Positions 60,212 through 64,000 of a DNA stretch of 64,000 nt are shown here, one piece after another (position 1 is the stretch's first letter; each line of letters starts with the position of its first letter). Below the pieces are notes generated by a model that had not been told where the DNA came from, did no database searches, and was given only the letters and a program-made list of their open reading frames with translations. The DNA is from Gammaproteobacteria bacterium. GTDB lineage: Bacteria > Pseudomonadota > Gammaproteobacteria > Eutrophobiales > Eutrophobiaceae. The position numbers were made by a program, and so were the translations under genes. The stretch is from positions 1,568,001 through 1,632,000 of the forward strand of contig CBDCTH010000012.1 in the NCBI GenBank assembly GCA_965222155.1. The letters are read 5' to 3'.

Positions 60212-60609
60212 TCTATCTTGATACGTCCGTTGCTCTTGCGTATCTCCTGGTCGAAGATCGCCGCCCACCTGACTCGCTCTGGCGAGAGACCCTGGTGTCC
60301 AGCCGCTTGCTGGAATACGAAGTATGGACTCGGCTGCATGGCCGTGGACTTGCCGAATCCCACGGAGAGGCCGCTCGCTACCTGATCGGACGGCTTGCGT
60401 TGTTGGAGCTTGCTCCTCCTGTGCTTGCGCGAGCGCTGGACGCCTTTCCTGGCCCTGTTTCGGTGCGTACGCTTGATGCACTACATCTGGCATCATGCGT
60501 GTACCTGCGTGAGCATAGTCAAGCCGTAACGCTCGCAAGTTATGACCGCAGAATGACCGATGTCGCCCGCGTCATGGATATACCTGTATTTGACCTGAAA
60601 GGTTCTTGA
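60208..60609 (+). CDS. VapC PIN toxin
   Basis: IYLDTS, E, RTLDALHLAS, YD. Confidence 0.9.
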   Translation: MIYLDTSVALAYLLVEDRRPPDSLWRETLVSSRLLEYEVWTRLHGRGLAESHGEAARYLIGRLALLELAPPVLARALDAFPGPVSVRTLDALHLASCVYLREHSQAVTLASYDRRMTDVARVMDIPVFDLKGS

Positions 60610-60639
60610 GAAATGGCGTATTTCTTGCCTATATGCCCG

Positions 60640-60960
60640 ATGACGGCAACAGTTGGGTCTGGACGAGTCACTGAGCCGGGTGCCTGGTATCTTCTTCCAG
60701 AACCGCTACAACTTCACCCAGGACCTGCGGGTTGCGATTCGGGGCTTCGGCGCGCAGGCCAATTTCGGCATCCGCGGCATCAAGGTATTCGTTGATGATC
60801 TGCCAGCGACACTGGCCGACGGTCAGAGCAGGGTTGACGACCTCGATATTGGTTTTGTGGGCCGGATCGAAGTCATCCGCGGGGGCCGTCTTCCGCACTG
60901 TTCGGCAGTTTATCCTGCGGCGTCATGAGCCTGTACACGGAGGACGGCGCCGACACTGAA
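60640..60960 (+). pseudogene. Remnant of a YncD/PqqU-like TonB-dependent receptor plug domain
   Basis: [24 protein letters not shown]...GIRG...DGQS...IEVIRG, then a frameshift; no barrel. Confidence 0.75.
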
Positions 60961-61178
60961 CATGTACGGGGGGTGTCGATGCACTTGAATTACTGACTTC
61001 AGGGCCAAAGACTGCCTGTTTGCAAGGTCTGAAGAAACCGGTCCACCGGCCACACATCAATGCCGTCCTCAGTGCAGAAGGCGCGGTCGCCGGCGCATCC
61101 GGCGCAGTCTGTCATGGCAGCAAACTAACGTAAATCCGGTAACTTATTGACAACAGGTAACTTTTCGTTGATGACAAG

Positions 61179-61370
61179 CTAATTGGTAATGGATATGCGG
61201 GTACTTAGAATATCGGCAACCGGCTGCCTTTTCTCATCCGTCAGTTGCAATTTGTTGATCAGCTTGTCTGTATGTTTTCCTGCACGTCTGCCGCCTGTAT
61301 GATGGTCGGCCAGGGCGATGGAGGTCAACAGCAGCGTGCTGAATGCAGCGATGTATAGTTTATTCATCAA
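61179..61370 (-). pseudogene. Truncated Spy/CpxP-like periplasmic protein
   Basis: Signal peptide, His/Gly-rich stretch, LQLTDEKR, then abrupt end. Confidence 0.4.
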
Positions 61371-61371
61371 A

Positions 61372-61452
61372 GGGGCATGTTTCCCAGGGAGGGCGTCTCG
61401 CCCTCCACGAGGGCAGGATGCCCTCGATCCCGGGAGTTAGCAGGAACTACTG
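61372..61452. mobile_element. MITE family D partial copy (inverted)
   Basis: Reverse complement reads CAGTAGTTCCTGCTAACTCCCGGGATCGAGGGCATCCTGCCCTC... Confidence 0.75.
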
Positions 61453-61606
61453 CAAAATTGGCAAACATTATGGAAAAAAATTGTCCACATAATGCCGTAT
61501 CGGGATATTATTCATTCAGTATATGGGGCTGGCTCCAAGTTTGAGATTTATCAGTAATAATTATTTTTATATTAATCATATAGTTGAAATATTAATTTAA
61601 AGTATT

Positions 61607-63268
61607 GTGCAAGGATTAAACGACTTCCTGAGTTTTTTAGACGGGTTGCTGGGCGCTGCCTGGTACTTTCCCTGGCTGTTACTTGGTGTCGGCGTGTTCT
61701 TCACCTTCTACCTGGGCTTTCCCCAGGTACGTTACTTCAAACGCGCCTGGGGCACCCTGACGGGACGTTATACCAGTCATGATGCCGAAGGTGATACGAC
61801 ACATTTTCAAGCCTTGTCCACGGCGCTGTCCGGGACCGTGGGTACCGGCAACATCGGCGGTGTTGCCCTTGCCCTGCATCTCGGCGGTCCGGCTGCATTG
61901 TTCTGGATGTGGGCTACGGCCTTCGTCGGCATGACGACAAAGTTCGTTGAGGTCACAATTTCACACAAATACCGTATCAAGGATGAAAAAGGCGAGATGG
62001 CCGGCGGCCCGATGTATTACATGGAACGCGCCCTGAACATGAAGTGGCTGGCTGTGTTCTTCGCCGTCGCCACCATTTTCAGTACGCTGGGTTCCGGCAA
62101 TATGCCGCAAAGTAATAACATGGCGGCCGGACTGCATACTTCATTCGGCATACCGACCTGGATAACCGGCGCGCTGTTCGCAGTGCTGCTCGCCCTGGTC
62201 ATACTCGGCGGTATCCGCCGTATTGCCCGGGTGACTTCGGCGATTGTGCCGATCATGGGCCTGCTCTATTTCTTCGGCGCAATGGCGGTCATCGTTGCCA
62301 ATATCGACGCGGTGGTCCCTGCTTTTCTCAGCGTATTCAGCAGCGCATTCACCGATACTGCTGCCACCGGAGGCTTTCTCGGCGCCACATTTGCCTACGC
62401 TTTCAACAGGGGCGTTGCCCGGGGCCTGTTCTCAAACGAGGCGGGACAGGGATCCGCACCTATCGCCCATGCCTCGGCGCGAGGTGACGAGCCGGTGTCC
62501 GAAGGTATGGTCTCATTGCTTGAGCCGTTTCTCGATACCCTGGTGATCTGCACGTTGACGGGCCTGGTAATCCTGTCCTCCGGGGTGTGGAAGGAAAAAT
62601 TCGACAACGACTTCCAGGCGTTCGATACGCAGTTCATCAACGGAGTCTACACCGATACCGACCCGGCGCACGTGGAAGCGTTATTCCATCATCTCAATGC
62701 CGGGGCTCCTGCTATTGAACCGATCACTCGGGCAAACGGCCGTTTCAGTGTAGTGGACGGACGTCTTGCGGATGCTGAAATCACCATCCTGCACAACCGC
62801 TCCATTGCCGAGGACGTATACTTCCACGTCAACGGAGCACCGTACAACGGCGCTATAGTAATCGACAACGGTTCGCTTTCCGGTGACGTCTCGTTACGCG
62901 GCAAGTCCCTGTTGCACTCCGTACCATTGACGGTTGAAGCATTCAAGCGCAGCTTCCTGGGTGACTATGGCCAGTACGCGGTCACTCTGGGCCTGATGTT
63001 GTTCGCGTTCAGTACTGCCATTGCCTGGTCCTACTACGGCGATCGCGCCATTACCTACCTGTTCGGGCTGCGCTGGGTACTGCCCTACCGACTGTTCTAT
63101 TGCGCAGTCTTCTTCATAGCTGCGGTGGTCGACACATCGATGGTATGGCTGTTCTCAGCCGTCACCCTGGCACTGATGGCGTTGCCGAACCTGTTCGGTA
63201 TCATGCTCCTGCGCCAGGACATGAAGCAGACCGTGCGCGACTACTGGCGGCGCTTCGAACAAGGTTAA
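61607..63268 (+). CDS. Sodium:alanine/glycine symporter (AGCS family)
   Basis: [40 protein letters not shown]. Confidence 0.93.
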   Translation: MQGLNDFLSFLDGLLGAAWYFPWLLLGVGVFFTFYLGFPQVRYFKRAWGTLTGRYTSHDAEGDTTHFQALSTALSGTVGTGNIGGVALALHLGGPAALFWMWATAFVGMTTKFVEVTISHKYRIKDEKGEMAGGPMYYMERALNMKWLAVFFAVATIFSTLGSGNMPQSNNMAAGLHTSFGIPTWITGALFAVLLALVILGGIRRIARVTSAIVPIMGLLYFFGAMAVIVANIDAVVPAFLSVFSSAFTDTAATGGFLGATFAYAFNRGVARGLFSNEAGQGSAPIAHASARGDEPVSEGMVSLLEPFLDTLVICTLTGLVILSSGVWKEKFDNDFQAFDTQFINGVYTDTDPAHVEALFHHLNAGAPAIEPITRANGRFSVVDGRLADAEITILHNRSIAEDVYFHVNGAPYNGAIVIDNGSLSGDVSLRGKSLLHSVPLTVEAFKRSFLGDYGQYAVTLGLMLFAFSTAIAWSYYGDRAITYLFGLRWVLPYRLFYCAVFFIAAVVDTSMVWLFSAVTLALMALPNLFGIMLLRQDMKQTVRDYWRRFEQG

Positions 63269-63279
63269 TATAATGCGCG

Positions 63280-64000
63280 ATGTGGAAATTCTCAGATAAT
63301 TTCAAGAAGATCGCCGGTCCTGCAGCCGTGATGGCAGCGGCGTCCATGGGAGCCGGTTCCGCTTCGTCGCTGATACTGACCGGCGCCTGGTTCCGTTACG
63401 AGCTGCTCTGGGTAGTCCTGTTAATCCTGCCCCTGCTGGTGATAACAGTCGATACCGCCTCCCGCATTGGCTTGCTGAATAAAAACAAGGGAATGTTTTC
63501 ACTCATCTGTGAACACATTCATCCGGGCGTGGGCTGGCTGCTCCTGGCGATTAATATTCCTGTCCACCTGCTCATCGGTATGGGTCAGATGTCGGTCATG
63601 ACCTCTGCGACTCTGTCCCTGTTCGAATATAATCCTCCCGCCACCGCAGCGGGTTTCGCCGACAGCAACTACCAGGTCGTTGAACTCATTGTGTCCCTGG
63701 TATTTGCGGCCGGCATTGTCTGGCTGCTTACATCAGAAGGTTATCAGCGCATGCAGAAGTACATGACCGCATTCATGCTGCTGATGTTTATGTGTTTTCT
63801 TATCGTCGCGCTGCGCGGCTTTCAGGAGGTGTCTGCCATATTGTCCGGGTTGGTCCCCGGCGTGCCTGCGGACTTGCCGGTTCCGGGCCAAGGCATGGTC
63901 CGCAGCAGCGGTATCGCCATACTCGGCATTGTCGGCAGTGCCCTGGCGCCGGCGGCGATGCTTGGCGTTCCCTACATGAGTGCGGACAACCGGCGAACAG
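63280..64000 (+). CDS. Second NRAMP-like transporter paralogue (runs off window end)
   Basis: Manual translation MWKFSDNFKKIAGPAAVMAAASMGAGS...; colinear and visibly similar in DNA to 49444-50769. Confidence 0.85.
   Translation, partial: MWKFSDNFKKIAGPAAVMAAASMGAGSASSLILTGAWFRYELLWVVLLILPLLVITVDTASRIGLLNKNKGMFSLICEHIHPGVGWLLLAINIPVHLLIGMGQMSVMTSATLSLFEYNPPATAAGFADSNYQVVELIVSLVFAAGIVWLLTSEGYQRMQKYMTAFMLLMFMCFLIVALRGFQEVSAILSGLVPGVPADLPVPGQGMVRSSGIAILGIVGSALAPAAMLGVPYMSADNRRT

Noticed and set aside
61455-61606. Glycine riboswitch upstream of the AGCS symporter
   Set aside because: Region is very AT-rich and lacks the GGAGA/CCGAAG/CTCAGG cores

Overview
Chromosomal window from a Gammaproteobacterium (roughly 50-55% GC by eye). 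The abundance of TA modules, R-M genes, a Sel1 protein and decaying mobile DNA would fit a host-associated marine lineage, but that is inference. The backbone is the conserved hflX-hflK-hflC-DUF2065-hisZ-purA / tRNA-Leu / rnr-rlmB ... rpsF-rpsR-DUF2232-rplI-dnaB-alr-radA region, plus uvrA/ssb, zapE, an EF-G paralogue, a sulfite/nitrite reductase and leuC. Accessory content includes a dual-sensor PP2C/RsbW/STAS partner-switch, an NspV-like R-M pair whose nuclease appears to carry an internal deletion, a decayed tRNA-Leu islet (IS1380, BrnTA, SNF2 pseudogene) and four TA pairs. It also includes a catabolic cluster built around a fused [2Fe-2S]-molybdoenzyme with an unusual Arg-Cys active-site loop. 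The most striking non-coding signal is a set of at least four miniature inverted-repeat element (MITE) families. They have different ends and target duplications (TTAA, TA, 10 bp, 9 bp), share and shuffle small palindromic modules, and in places supply start or stop codons to host genes.
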